Virus record (IMG/VR): IMGVR_UViG_3300032320_002249
Location: 24,851 to 88,850 of that record
Length of the DNA: 64,000 bases
From: a virus
Lineage: Duplodnaviria; Caudoviricetes
Reading direction: 5' to 3' (one strand)
The notes beneath the pieces are model-generated. The model had not been told where the DNA came from. It searched no databases and saw only the letters and a list, made by a program, of their open reading frames with translations. A program made the translations under genes and the position numbers. Numbering within the stretch: the first letter of the stretch is position 1; each line of letters opens with the position of its first letter. This document shows positions 8,232 to 16,787 of the stretch, piece by piece.

Positions 8232-8480
8232 ATGACCCAAGAACAGTACGAGCAAGCATGTCTGCTTCAAAAGCGAATCAAACATGCCCAAAATTCCATC
8301 GAACGGCTCAAAGATACGAATCCTAATATCCCTCCCTCTGCGGATATTATTGTTTTTTCGAGTGGTCAAAAGCTCACTGAACATAATGAGCTTTTTGGAA
8401 AGAATGTATTCTTCCAAGCTCTCCTAGATTTTTATATCTCCCAGCGAGATAAGGCCCAAGAAGAATTCGAGGCTCTTTGA
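8232..8480 (+). CDS. Hypothetical coiled-coil protein
   Basis: ORF directly after the cassette at 8152. Confidence 0.7.
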   Translation: MTQEQYEQACLLQKRIKHAQNSIERLKDTNPNIPPSADIIVFSSGQKLTEHNELFGKNVFFQALLDFYISQRDKAQEEFEAL

Positions 8481-8485
8481 TAACC

Positions 8486-8617
8486 ATGCCTGACACATAC
8501 ACTTTCATCGGAGACGGGGTTACCTATCTTGGCGGCATTGCCGTTGTAGCTACACCTCTCTTTCTGATCTTTCTCTGGACCTACTTCTGGAAAACCAATC
8601 CTGACCGACGAAATTAA
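8486..8617 (+). CDS. Small single-pass membrane protein (43 aa)
   Basis: Manual ORF MPDTYTFIGDGVTYLGGIAVVATPLFLIFLWTYFWKTNPDRRN. Confidence 0.65.
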   Translation: MPDTYTFIGDGVTYLGGIAVVATPLFLIFLWTYFWKTNPDRRN

Positions 8618-8618
8618 A

Positions 8619-8756
8619 ATGAACATTCTTCAAAGGATCTTCAATCGAGAAGAACAACAAGAACAACAAGAACAACAAGAACAAGAAGAGTCTCCTGTTT
8701 CTAACGAACAGGAAGATGAATCATTTCCTTATATGGAACCCCTGTGTGACATTTGA
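8619..8756 (+). CDS. Small E/Q-rich peptide (45 aa)
   Basis: Manual ORF containing the in-frame (GAACAACAA)3 repeat. Confidence 0.5.
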   Translation: MNILQRIFNREEQQEQQEQQEQEESPVSNEQEDESFPYMEPLCDI

Positions 8757-8813
8757 GGATACCGGGCCTATACTCTAGGCCCATTTCCATTTTTAACTTA
8801 TAGGAGAACTAAT

Positions 8814-8963
8814 ATGATTACTAAGCAAAGTGCTATGCGTAAACTGAATGATGCTGAGAATTCTAGTGAGATTCTAGAAGCCCTGGACAACATCAAAGAA
8901 AAACATACTACAGTCAAGACTCAAAAGCCTTCTGTGCCAGTTGAGAAAGTGGCAACCACCTGA
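8814..8963 (+). CDS. Small hypothetical protein (49 aa)
   Basis: AGGAG RBS; the C-terminal VPVEKVAT is encoded by palindrome 1 at 8934. Confidence 0.65.
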   Translation: MITKQSAMRKLNDAENSSEILEALDNIKEKHTTVKTQKPSVPVEKVATT

Positions 8964-9016
8964 GGCACCCCAGAAATCTCGACTAGTATAATGGGAATGC
9001 TATACAGCTTCTTATC

Positions 9017-9205
9017 ATGAGAACTGCATTTGTTTCCCCCAAGTCCAAAAAAGCAAAGAATAGGTTCATCAACATGATGGATTCTATTGATGAAGTTATC
9101 GTTGAACAGATGACTTCCACCAAGGCATTTGTTACTTCTCTCAATAAGAAGTACCATTGCTGGATCAATCTTGTCAATGATAATGATTGGTCTATTGACT
9201 TCTGA
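9017..9205 (+). CDS. Conserved cyanophage-type hypothetical protein
   Basis: PKSKKAKNRF.N.M pattern recalled from T4-like cyanophage early genes; has its own -10 (8987-8992). Confidence 0.7.
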   Translation: MRTAFVSPKSKKAKNRFINMMDSIDEVIVEQMTSTKAFVTSLNKKYHCWINLVNDNDWSIDF

Positions 9206-9270
9206 GTGGACGGTTGGCTGAGTGTCCCATAAGGACTTTACAGACCGATCCATCCAGGGTATCTTATAAA

Positions 9271-9350
9271 GGTCCGCCTGGACCGTGGACAATTACAAGT
9301 GAAATGAGTATGACTCTCACCTAGGAACCCCTAACCGGGTTCCTTTTTTT
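9271..9350 (+). ncRNA. Candidate sRNA of about 80 nt
   Basis: Palindrome 1 plus TTTACA-17-TATCTT promoter (9237-9265), two hairpins, then intrinsic terminator AGGAACCC-CTAACC-GGGTTCCT-T tract (9323-9350); no ORF in between. Confidence 0.5.
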
Positions 9351-9475
9351 GTCTAGGCACCAGTGGACGGTTGCCTGAGTGTCCATGGTTCTCACACCAG
9401 TCCCCGGAAAGGTCGTATCTTATGTGCATCGGAGGGAAACACGTCACAACCTCCGCTCAAACCACTTCAACTCTC

Positions 9476-9997
9476 ATGGCTACCACTCCCGCTACCGTTG
9501 TCGTCAAGTCCAAGAAAGTTCGTCGTCCTGCAATGAGCACCCTCATCAAGGCACTCGAAAAGCTCGAACCGACTATCAAGGTTTCGGAAATCTCCAAGCT
9601 CTCCGATGAACGTGCCGCCGAAGTCGTGGCCCGTTTCAAGAATGTTACCACTGAGAAGAAGAAGGAAGCCTGCCTCCTCACCTTCTTTAAGGAGGAACTG
9701 AACACTCAATTGAAGGGAGGGGCAATGTTCATTGAAATGCTCTATACCTGCAAGACTGAGAAAACCAACTATGCCCGTCTTCGTCCCGTCTACCGGGATC
9801 TGGTTGGCCGTGGTGAACTTCCGGACTGGGCTCGCCGTCGTGAACTTCTGCTCGCTACTTCTGCGATCTGGCGTTATACCTTCAATGGTCATAGTGCCTC
9901 TCATAAGTTCACCATTGATGCAATGATGGAATGTACTGATTGCTGTGCTTATGTGCAGAAAATGGTGGCCCGTCTGAAGAAAGAAGGGCTCTGGTGA
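9476..9997 (+). CDS. Hypothetical basic protein
   Basis: Start moved to ATG 9476, downstream of the cassette at 9364. Confidence 0.7.
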   Translation: MATTPATVVVKSKKVRRPAMSTLIKALEKLEPTIKVSEISKLSDERAAEVVARFKNVTTEKKKEACLLTFFKEELNTQLKGGAMFIEMLYTCKTEKTNYARLRPVYRDLVGRGELPDWARRRELLLATSAIWRYTFNGHSASHKFTIDAMMECTDCCAYVQKMVARLKKEGLW

Positions 9998-10078
9998 GCC
10001 ACTTCCTAAAGTGACACAAGGGGGATCCACAAGGGGTCCCCTTCCTCTATAATACATACATCTTCGAAATTCAATTTT

Positions 10079-10543
10079 ATGTCTGTTCTTCCTGTTACCG
10101 ATTTTCGTACCTACTTCCTGGATCGCATCTTTACTGATGTGATTGAAGGAAAGATCACCTATCAGAAGGCCGTCAGTATTGTCAATGAGTCTGGCATCAT
10201 TTTCTCGACTAGGGAAGAGGCGCAAACTGTTCTCAATAGTATCTCGCAATCTCCTTCTCGTCCTGCACAAACTTATGCGGATCTGACCAAACAAAAACCT
10301 GTTGAAGATAACAGTGTTGTCACCAGAAATTATGATATGGAGAGTTCAAGTGCGGTGAGTCGCATTATGGTTGATCCTACTCGTTCTCGGGCAGAGATCA
10401 CTTATAGGGGCAATAATCGCACCTATTCTTATACCTGTCCTGGCAATGCGCGAGTGATTCGTGATGCTGTCCGAGATGGTATTGAAAGCCCTGGTGCCTA
10501 TGTGCATAACCTGCGTTCCAGCCGTCTGATCGTCCCTGAGTGA
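10079..10543 (+). CDS. Protein with a C-terminal KTSC-like domain
   Basis: ESSSAVSRIMVDP....AEITYRG..RTYSY...ES.GAYV resembles the KTSC pattern (SS.I..IGYD......V.F..G..Y.Y....S.G.YF). Confidence 0.55.
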   Translation: MSVLPVTDFRTYFLDRIFTDVIEGKITYQKAVSIVNESGIIFSTREEAQTVLNSISQSPSRPAQTYADLTKQKPVEDNSVVTRNYDMESSSAVSRIMVDPTRSRAEITYRGNNRTYSYTCPGNARVIRDAVRDGIESPGAYVHNLRSSRLIVPE

Positions 10544-10612
10544 CACTTGTTGGACTGTCCACTAGGGACTGGTGATTGTCGATCCTGGCCCCTAGTATTG
10601 GATGGTCCTCTT

Positions 10613-10686
10613 GGGGGTGTATCCCAATAGGCAGAGGAAGCGCACTTAAAATGCGTTCAGTGTGGGTTCGAATCCCGCGGCCCCTA
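10613..10686 (+). tRNA. trnL: tRNA-Leu(UAA) with a short variable loop and an imperfect acceptor stem
   Basis: D arm TCC-CAATAGGCAGA-GGA; anticodon arm GCGCA-CTTAAAA-TGCGT; T arm GTGGG-TTCGAAT-CCCGC; acceptor GGGGGTG/GGCCCCT; discriminator A; no CCA; own promoter cassette at 10540. Confidence 0.8.
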
Positions 10687-10704
10687 TTCCCACAATTAAC
10701 TTCA

Positions 10705-10956
10705 ATGACCTACTACACTATTCACGACAAGTTTATTGTTGAGGCAAGAAATGAAGATGGAACACTCTGCTCTTATGAAGAGGAAACAAAGCGGTTTAAT
10801 GCCCATCCTTTCCTGAAGAGAAAGCAGTATTTTACGCTTGATGAGCTTGTATATTGGACAAGTTATGGTGAAGGGAGAAATACTCCCATGGGGCAGGATA
10901 AAGCCTTTGAGTTTCTTAGGTCTATCGGTCTGCCTGCTCGTTACAAGTATTGGTGA
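10705..10956 (+). CDS. Hypothetical protein
   Basis: Start moved to ATG 10705 because the longer ORF call overlaps the tRNA. Confidence 0.7.
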   Translation: MTYYTIHDKFIVEARNEDGTLCSYEEETKRFNAHPFLKRKQYFTLDELVYWTSYGEGRNTPMGQDKAFEFLRSIGLPARYKYW

Positions 10957-11034
10957 CCATAAGGAAAGCTAATCGGTCGGGGCTTGCCAGTCCCCCCGGT
11001 TGGACCCTATAATTCTTTCAGTCGCAACCAAACG

Positions 11035-11697
11035 ATGTTCGTCCGGTTCATTCCCGCCAGCGGAAACTCCAAGACAGGCCCGATCCCAGTCTCCTACACT
11101 GAGCGGGAATCCTGCCCGTCTACCTGCCCGTTCTACAACAAGGGCTGCTATGCCAAGTATGGTCCCACTGGTATGTGGTGGCGCAAGGTTCGGGACCTTG
11201 GCGCGGCCTGGGATAAGTTCTGTAAACAGGTTAAGAAACTGCCTAAGGCTCAACTCTGGCGCCACAATGTTGCTGGGGATCTGCCTCATAAGAATGGCGA
11301 AATCTCCTACATGATGCTTCGCCAGCTCATTATGGCCAATAAAGGAAAGCGTGGTTTCACCTACACTCACCATGAGCTGCATGAGCACAATCGGGTGTGT
11401 CTGGAGAACGCTAATCTTATGGGGTTCACGGTTAATGTCAGCTGCGAGTCTATCGAACAGGCTGACCGGGTTATGACAGACTACAAACTGCCTGCAGTTG
11501 CAGTAGTCAATTCCACTAAGATTGAGCGGTTCTACACTACTGAGAGCGGTCGGAAAGTTATCACTTGCCCGGCGGTTCTTCACGAAGATGTTACCTGCTC
11601 AACCTGTGGTATCTGCCAGAACGCCAAACGTGATACGATTGTAGCCTTCCCGGCCCATGGCATCGCTACTAAGACGGTGAACACAATCGTCTCCTGA
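11035..11697 (+). CDS. Cys-rich gp88/DUF7227-like protein (possible Fe-S enzyme)
   Basis: SGNSKTGPIPVS, CPSTCPFYNKGCYA (C-x3-C-x6-C), WRHNVAGDL, FTYTH and a C-terminal C-x9-CxxCxxC cluster; TTGCCA-18-TATAAT promoter. Confidence 0.6.
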   Translation: MFVRFIPASGNSKTGPIPVSYTERESCPSTCPFYNKGCYAKYGPTGMWWRKVRDLGAAWDKFCKQVKKLPKAQLWRHNVAGDLPHKNGEISYMMLRQLIMANKGKRGFTYTHHELHEHNRVCLENANLMGFTVNVSCESIEQADRVMTDYKLPAVAVVNSTKIERFYTTESGRKVITCPAVLHEDVTCSTCGICQNAKRDTIVAFPAHGIATKTVNTIVS

Positions 11698-11772
11698 TTC
11701 TGTAGTTCAGGGGACCCTAATCGGTCCCCCATTCCTTCCAAAATCTCGACTAAATCACACGCAAAAATCATC

Positions 11773-12249
11773 ATGTCTGTTGTTGAATTTTCTCAGTATT
11801 CTGTCATCAAGGTTCTTCCTCAGTATGACAATCCCGATAAGATCATTCAATTCATTCACCAAAAGATCAATTCTACCAATTGTCTCGATGATCTGTTTGA
11901 TGAAGACAAACAGGAATTCATTGATAATTACATTCTTTACATTTATCCCACCTGGCAAGAACACTATGATGACGTAGATGATTATAGGGAAATGAATAAT
12001 ACCTATTCCTTCCAATCTTCTCCTGACATGTATCTGATTCTGCATGAACCGGAGAAAGATTACTATAATGTTGAAATCTATAATAAAATCAATACCATTC
12101 TTCAGGAGATTCAGGTAGGTCTTAGAGAGGAGAATTGGGTTACTCTCACATCCCGCTCAAGCATTGGCGGCACTAATTACTATGATCCAGATGGTAAGTT
12201 TGTAGATGTTCATAATCTGTATTCTCAGTATAAGCGTATGACAGCCTGA
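11773..12249 (+). CDS. Acidic hypothetical protein (GT.YY..DGK family)
   Basis: The C-terminal GGTNYYDPDGKFVDV resembles the end of the next ORF. Confidence 0.75.
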   Translation: MSVVEFSQYSVIKVLPQYDNPDKIIQFIHQKINSTNCLDDLFDEDKQEFIDNYILYIYPTWQEHYDDVDDYREMNNTYSFQSSPDMYLILHEPEKDYYNVEIYNKINTILQEIQVGLREENWVTLTSRSSIGGTNYYDPDGKFVDVHNLYSQYKRMTA

Positions 12250-12329
12250 CAACTGGCACAAGGGGCACTCTGGATTCTTCTAGGGTGCCTTATTCTTATC
12301 TCATGCGAACCTTCCCGCACAATCCCACC

Positions 12330-12755
12330 ATGAGCACAACTCTTCCCTCCGAGTATTCTGCTGTTGCTACCTGCACAATCCCAGAAGGTACACCAACTGC
12401 CGAGAGTGTTGCAATGGCAGTTTATGACTTTATTGTAAATCATCCTGAGATTAAGATTCCAGAATATACTGAAGAGTTTAATTCTGATGAGTTTTATGAG
12501 GAGTTGCTTCCTTATCTTCAAGTTGAAGATAATCTCCTTGTAATCTCTTATGACGGGTCTTCTCCAGAAAACGGTAATTGGAGAGACCAGATGTTTAATT
12601 TCCTGGTGAATCATTTTGTCACACTTCAGACTTCCGATTACATGATGGTTGTTTGGCAGACTGGAGATAACTACGGAACTGATTACTATGGGAAAGACGG
12701 GAAGATTGATATTGAAGAAGCTATTAAGTTCTATCTGAAGCATAAGAACAACTAA
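12330..12755 (+). CDS. Acidic hypothetical protein (GT.YY..DGK family)
   Basis: C-terminal YGTDYYGKDGKIDI; start placed downstream of the -10 at 12291-12296. Confidence 0.75.
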   Translation: MSTTLPSEYSAVATCTIPEGTPTAESVAMAVYDFIVNHPEIKIPEYTEEFNSDEFYEELLPYLQVEDNLLVISYDGSSPENGNWRDQMFNFLVNHFVTLQTSDYMMVVWQTGDNYGTDYYGKDGKIDIEEAIKFYLKHKNN

Positions 12756-12820
12756 TCAATCGGAGGGGTGCCAGTGGTGCCTCTCCGTGCTACAGTTCTC
12801 ACAGATCACAGGAACCACCT

Positions 12821-13042
12821 ATGGCACTCACTCCTGAACAACACGACGAACTGGCTGAGATCTATGCGAATCGTGTTGTAGATAACATGGATGCTAAATC
12901 CATGGAAAAACTTCTTTTTGATATGCTTCTTGATTCTTATTCCAGTCAGTCAGAATGGGAACTCGAAGAGCTTATTCTGGCGACTGATGGTCAAGAATAC
13001 TATGATGGCCTGGTTCAGTCCGTTACCAATGAGGAAGGCTGA
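12821..13042 (+). CDS. Small acidic cyanophage-type hypothetical protein
   Basis: ORF after the palindrome-2 cassette at 12741. Confidence 0.75.
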   Translation: MALTPEQHDELAEIYANRVVDNMDAKSMEKLLFDMLLDSYSSQSEWELEELILATDGQEYYDGLVQSVTNEEG

Positions 13043-13206
13043 TGACACTCACTCGCTGGAAAGTCACTCTGATTATTGACATTGAGGAAGGATCCCATCC
13101 ACGAAAGTTCGTTACCGAATCAATCAATATGGGATTGCATCAGGAAGAAGATCTAGTAGATTATCATTTCGAGGAAGTTCCTTCCGATTTTTCCTATCCC
13201 AACTAA
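13042..13206 (+). CDS. Small hypothetical protein (54 aa)
   Basis: Manual ORF MTLTRWKVTLIIDIEEGSHPRKFVTESI...; TGATG overlap with the previous gene. Confidence 0.65.
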   Translation: MTLTRWKVTLIIDIEEGSHPRKFVTESINMGLHQEEDLVDYHFEEVPSDFSYPN

Positions 13207-13207
13207 C

Positions 13208-13369
13208 ATGAATTCAGAAACCACAGTTATTGCCAAGGTTGATGACATTAGTATTGAACAAGATCATGAAAATGGTCTTTGCCACATCATTGATGGAGAA
13301 AATGCTATCCGTTTGAGTCTTGAGTACCACCAACTTGAAAGACTGGCTAGTCAAATCATCAAACCATAA
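13208..13369 (+). CDS. Small hypothetical protein (53 aa)
   Basis: Manual ORF MNSETTVIAKVDDISIEQDHENGLCHIIDGENAIRLSL..., coupled to the previous ORF. Confidence 0.6.
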   Translation: MNSETTVIAKVDDISIEQDHENGLCHIIDGENAIRLSLEYHQLERLASQIIKP

Positions 13370-13400
13370 TTCTGCGCCCGACAACCCACTCAATTCTGAA

Positions 13401-13538
13401 ATGACTGAATCCAACGCTCTTTTTTACCTTCTCATTTCTCAGATGTATCTGATGATTGCGAATAAAAATAACCCTGCTTTTCTTTCGCTGTTAGCATGTT
13501 TCTGGATTGTGCTTTCTATCGTTGCTTCGGCCACCTGA
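13401..13538 (+). CDS. Small membrane protein (45 aa)
   Basis: Two hydrophobic stretches; the stop codon lies inside palindrome 1 at 13528. Confidence 0.6.
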   Translation: MTESNALFYLLISQMYLMIANKNNPAFLSLLACFWIVLSIVASAT

Positions 13539-13609
13539 CCAACTGGCACAAGGGGCACTCTGGAGTCTTCTAGGGTGCCCTACAGTTCTCACAGGTTCAC
13601 CAAAACGTC

Positions 13610-14242
13610 ATGAATCCACCTCTTTCCTGCGAAATCCCTTTTTCTGGGTTTTACAATAGTGAGCATGATGCCGCTATTGATCAAGTAACGGATTATTTGT
13701 GGGAAGATCTGGATGATACTCTTTTTCAGACTTTCCATAAAAATGTTAATTGGCAGAGGGTCAATGATCTTTATGCTAGGGGCTATGTGAAATGGCTTGC
13801 AGAAGCCCTCAATACTACCCTGGAGTTTGAGGAATTGCTGTCCCCTAGGGACTACAATTTCACAACAGATCGCATCTTCGCTAAGGTCGGATATGGGTTT
13901 GTCTTCAGAATGCTCAGTGAGGTTCAGTGCAAAAAACTAGACGAGGTTATTGAGGAACGATTCACCAATCGTCCTGGTTTTATATCTCACTATCCCAATA
14001 ATATTTCTGAATGGCCAAGGCTCATTTCTGAGTGGGACTATAACCATCTTGGAACTGTCATGGTAGCCTACATGAGAGATAATGAACTTCGGGATACTGA
14101 TTATGCTGAGTATGCCCTGGAAAAGGATTCTTCTACGGGCTATCTGAAAGATTTGATTCTTTCTTGCGCCAATGTTAAGGCTAAGAAAGCCTTTGAGGAA
14201 GCAGACTATCTTCCTCTGCGAGAGGAACCTGTGACAGTCTGA
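13610..14242 (+). CDS. Conserved phage hypothetical protein (IPFSGFY motif)
   Basis: EIPFSGFYNSEH and SPRDYNFTTDRIF motifs; own cassette; stop codon inside the next palindrome. Confidence 0.8.
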   Translation: MNPPLSCEIPFSGFYNSEHDAAIDQVTDYLWEDLDDTLFQTFHKNVNWQRVNDLYARGYVKWLAEALNTTLEFEELLSPRDYNFTTDRIFAKVGYGFVFRMLSEVQCKKLDEVIEERFTNRPGFISHYPNNISEWPRLISEWDYNHLGTVMVAYMRDNELRDTDYAEYALEKDSSTGYLKDLILSCANVKAKKAFEEADYLPLREEPVTV

Positions 14243-14314
14243 TAACCGGCACAAGGGGCACTCTGGATTCTTCTAGGGTGCTCTATACTACACTCAGTTA
14301 CCCAAAGGACTCTC

Positions 14315-14509
14315 ATGAAAACCGTTGCAGAATTGGTAAAAGAACTCCTGGAACTTCCTCAGGATCTCATTGTGATGGCATTAGATAACATGGGACCCAC
14401 CACAATCGGATCTTGTCGCACTTATACAGTGACACAAAATGATGAAGACGATTCTGGTTCATGTGATGGGCTGGTAGGCAGAGAGATTGTGGTGATTCAT
14501 ATTGATTGA
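14315..14509 (+). CDS. Small hypothetical protein
   Basis: MKTVAELVKELLELPQDLIV N-terminus; own cassette and AAGGA RBS. Confidence 0.75.
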   Translation: MKTVAELVKELLELPQDLIVMALDNMGPTTIGSCRTYTVTQNDEDDSGSCDGLVGREIVVIHID

Positions 14510-14594
14510 TGTGACACCCTGACAACTGGTACACAAGGCGCTATGGATTCTTCTAGGGTGCCCTATACTACATTCAGTCAACCAAAAGACTCTC

Positions 14595-15131
14595 ATGCCT
14601 GATCTTTCTCAGTACCTCGGCAAAAAGGTCGAGGTTGTTCTTCGTTCTGGTTATGTATTCACTGGAGAGATTCTCCGAAATGGGACCCCTTATAGTAAAT
14701 ATCCCTTCATGTTTAGGGGAAATACTTATACGAAAACCGGAAACTTTTGGGACAATCAGAGCATGTCTCACTATGATATTATTTCCATCAAGTCCATTGA
14801 CGATAAGGATTCTTGTGAAGAAATGAAGCAAGAGCTTCAAGAACTGCGTCAGAAAGTGTCAGCTCTTCAGCAAGAAATCGACACTCTGAAGAACGCAAAA
14901 CCGACTATTCCTCATGGCTTTTCACGCAAGGATTGCCTGAAACTTCTGGATGGCGAGACTTCTCGATTAACTGTATGTTATGCGTTCCGTTGGGACAAAA
15001 CTCCACAGGGATACCAATACTGGCAATCTCTTACTGACGACGTTGAAAAGGGGAAGAGTCTTCCTAAAGAGGCACTGGACTACATCAAAGACATGGTGAT
15101 TCTCTCTTATCGACAAGAACAGGGAGAGTGA
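14595..15131 (+). CDS. Modular protein: beta-domain A + coiled coil + F.W..TPQG..YW domain
   Basis: N-terminus shared with 15741; C-terminus (AFRWDKTPQGYQYW) shared with 5138 and 5525. Confidence 0.8.
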   Translation: MPDLSQYLGKKVEVVLRSGYVFTGEILRNGTPYSKYPFMFRGNTYTKTGNFWDNQSMSHYDIISIKSIDDKDSCEEMKQELQELRQKVSALQQEIDTLKNAKPTIPHGFSRKDCLKLLDGETSRLTVCYAFRWDKTPQGYQYWQSLTDDVEKGKSLPKEALDYIKDMVILSYRQEQGE

Positions 15132-15215
15132 TCTAGACACTTCATTCACTGGCACAAGGGGCCTTGAACTCTCCCAAGGCCCTGCAATACTTGATTTGTA
15201 CCCGAGAGGTTCTCA

Positions 15216-15665
15216 ATGGCAAGTCTTCAGCTGACCCGCACCATGCTCCAATACAATCTTGCAGAGGCTCGTAAGCACGATCCTTCCAACAATCTTTCCT
15301 GCCTTGAAAGGCTGCAAGAACTCTATGATGAGTGCAACGGCATTTATCGAGAAATGGGAGTGGTTGATTATAGCATCAAGGTCTTCATTCCCTTCAAGGT
15401 GCGGATGCAAGAGCACCAGGCTGATACCTATCTAGATGAGGCCACAAACTACTGGGAACAACTTGGTCCTCTTCAGGTTCAACGTAGGAATCGCAAAGGT
15501 GCTAAGCATGGTGGCGATCGGATTGTGACTGTCGAGGGTTACATTCTGCGTCGGGTTGATACTCATGGTGTTACTCGTTGGTATTCCAATGACTTCAACT
15601 GGCACTATAAGAGCTTCAAGGAGTTTCGTGCCATCCTGAAAAACTACTTTGGGGCGACAGTCTGA
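15216..15665 (+). CDS. Hypothetical protein
   Basis: Own cassette (15134) and GAGG RBS; stop codon inside the next palindrome. Confidence 0.8.
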   Translation: MASLQLTRTMLQYNLAEARKHDPSNNLSCLERLQELYDECNGIYREMGVVDYSIKVFIPFKVRMQEHQADTYLDEATNYWEQLGPLQVQRRNRKGAKHGGDRIVTVEGYILRRVDTHGVTRWYSNDFNWHYKSFKEFRAILKNYFGATV

Positions 15666-15740
15666 GAACTGGCACAAGGGGCCTTGAGTAATCCCCAAGG
15701 CCCTGTCATACTACATTCAGTCCATCATTCTTCTCTTCTC

Positions 15741-16244
15741 ATGAATTCCGATTATCATTGCTCTTGCCCCATTGATCTTTCTCGTTACCTTTACAACAAG
15801 AAGGTTAAGATGACTTTTCGAAATGGCGATACTCATGTTGATACGATTGTTTCGAATACTTCTGGTAGTTTCCAAGAGACACATCCATATCGTTTGTCAA
15901 AACGGGAATACAGTTATAGAAAAGATGGATCATATCACGCTCAGGTTGGTGAGGTTTTTCCCTACGACATTGTAAAAATTGAGCTTGTTGATCAGCCCAA
16001 GTATCATCACCTTGAAAAACAGGTGAAGGAAATGCAGAGGCAAATTGAGGTGACTCAAGCCGAGATTCAGCGTCTCAAGAATGAGGAAGAAAACACTCTT
16101 GCGGAGTATTCGGGTTATAGAGTAGTGAAGGAAAACCAAGGGGCTGTGAGTGGTTCAGTGGTTTTTTATCGCCCGAACGGTGATCGATGTGATCGTCTCC
16201 CCTATCATGTGATGATGCAGCTGGCCAAGCAAATGTCCAGCTGA
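15741..16244 (+). CDS. Modular protein: beta-domain A + coiled coil + different C-terminal domain
   Basis: DLSRYLYNKKVKMTFRNG...YDIVKIELVD aligns with DLSQYLGKKVEVVLRSG...YDIISIKSID of 14595. Confidence 0.8.
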   Translation: MNSDYHCSCPIDLSRYLYNKKVKMTFRNGDTHVDTIVSNTSGSFQETHPYRLSKREYSYRKDGSYHAQVGEVFPYDIVKIELVDQPKYHHLEKQVKEMQRQIEVTQAEIQRLKNEEENTLAEYSGYRVVKENQGAVSGSVVFYRPNGDRCDRLPYHVMMQLAKQMSS

Positions 16245-16316
16245 TCAACTGGCACAAGGGGCCTTGAGTAACTCCCAAGGTCCTGTCATACTACGTTTGT
16301 TCCTGGAGCAGTGCTC

Positions 16317-16707
16317 ATGAAAAACACCAACGGCGAACCTGTCCTTTCCGCTGCAAGTGTTCGGGTTTATCGCAATCATCGGGAGAACTGCTGGAGCATC
16401 CAGCGCAAGACTTCCAAAGGTTGGAGAGTGTGGCTGCGCTGGGACTATGTTGTTCTTGACAATGTTGATTTCATTGTCAACAAGGCAGGACAAGATCGTG
16501 TCCGAAAAGAGAACAAAAAGTATGTTCATGCCTTTGCCCAAGGTACTCTCATGGCGAACACCTTGGGACCGAGAGAGAATGATTCGGGTGAATTATAATC
16601 CTTATGATACCGATTTCTTCCAAACTCGTCATGGTGATCTACATAAAGCACAACGAGTTTGGTTGACAAATGAGGGTGAAGTTTTCTGCGAGGGTATCAC
16701 AAAATAG
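16317..16707 (+). pseudogene. Conserved phage hypothetical gene (VYRN..., KYVHAF..G, V.YNPY) frameshifted at a (GA)4 repeat
   Basis: The N-half (16317-16598 frame) and C-half (...RVNYNPYDTDFF..., 16357 frame) join into one ORF if one GA is added at about 16570-16579. These motifs are recalled as co-occurring in a single protein family. Confidence 0.6.
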
Positions 16708-16787
16708 ACACCTTCACAACTGTCACAAGAGGCACTCTGGAGACTTATAGGGTGCCCTATCCTAAGAGAGTCGATCCCCCAGGAACC

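Noticed and set aside
8649-8687. (GAACAACAA)n microsatellite as a phase-variation switch
   Set aside because: The unit is a multiple of 3, so it only alters the length of an E/Q tract.
10640-10660. Group I intron in tRNA-Leu(UAA), as in many cyanobacteria
   Set aside because: The anticodon loop CTTAAAA is contiguous.
10576-10704. N-terminal extension of the 10576-10956 ORF
   Set aside because: It overlaps the tRNA-Leu gene; ATG 10705 is the plausible start.
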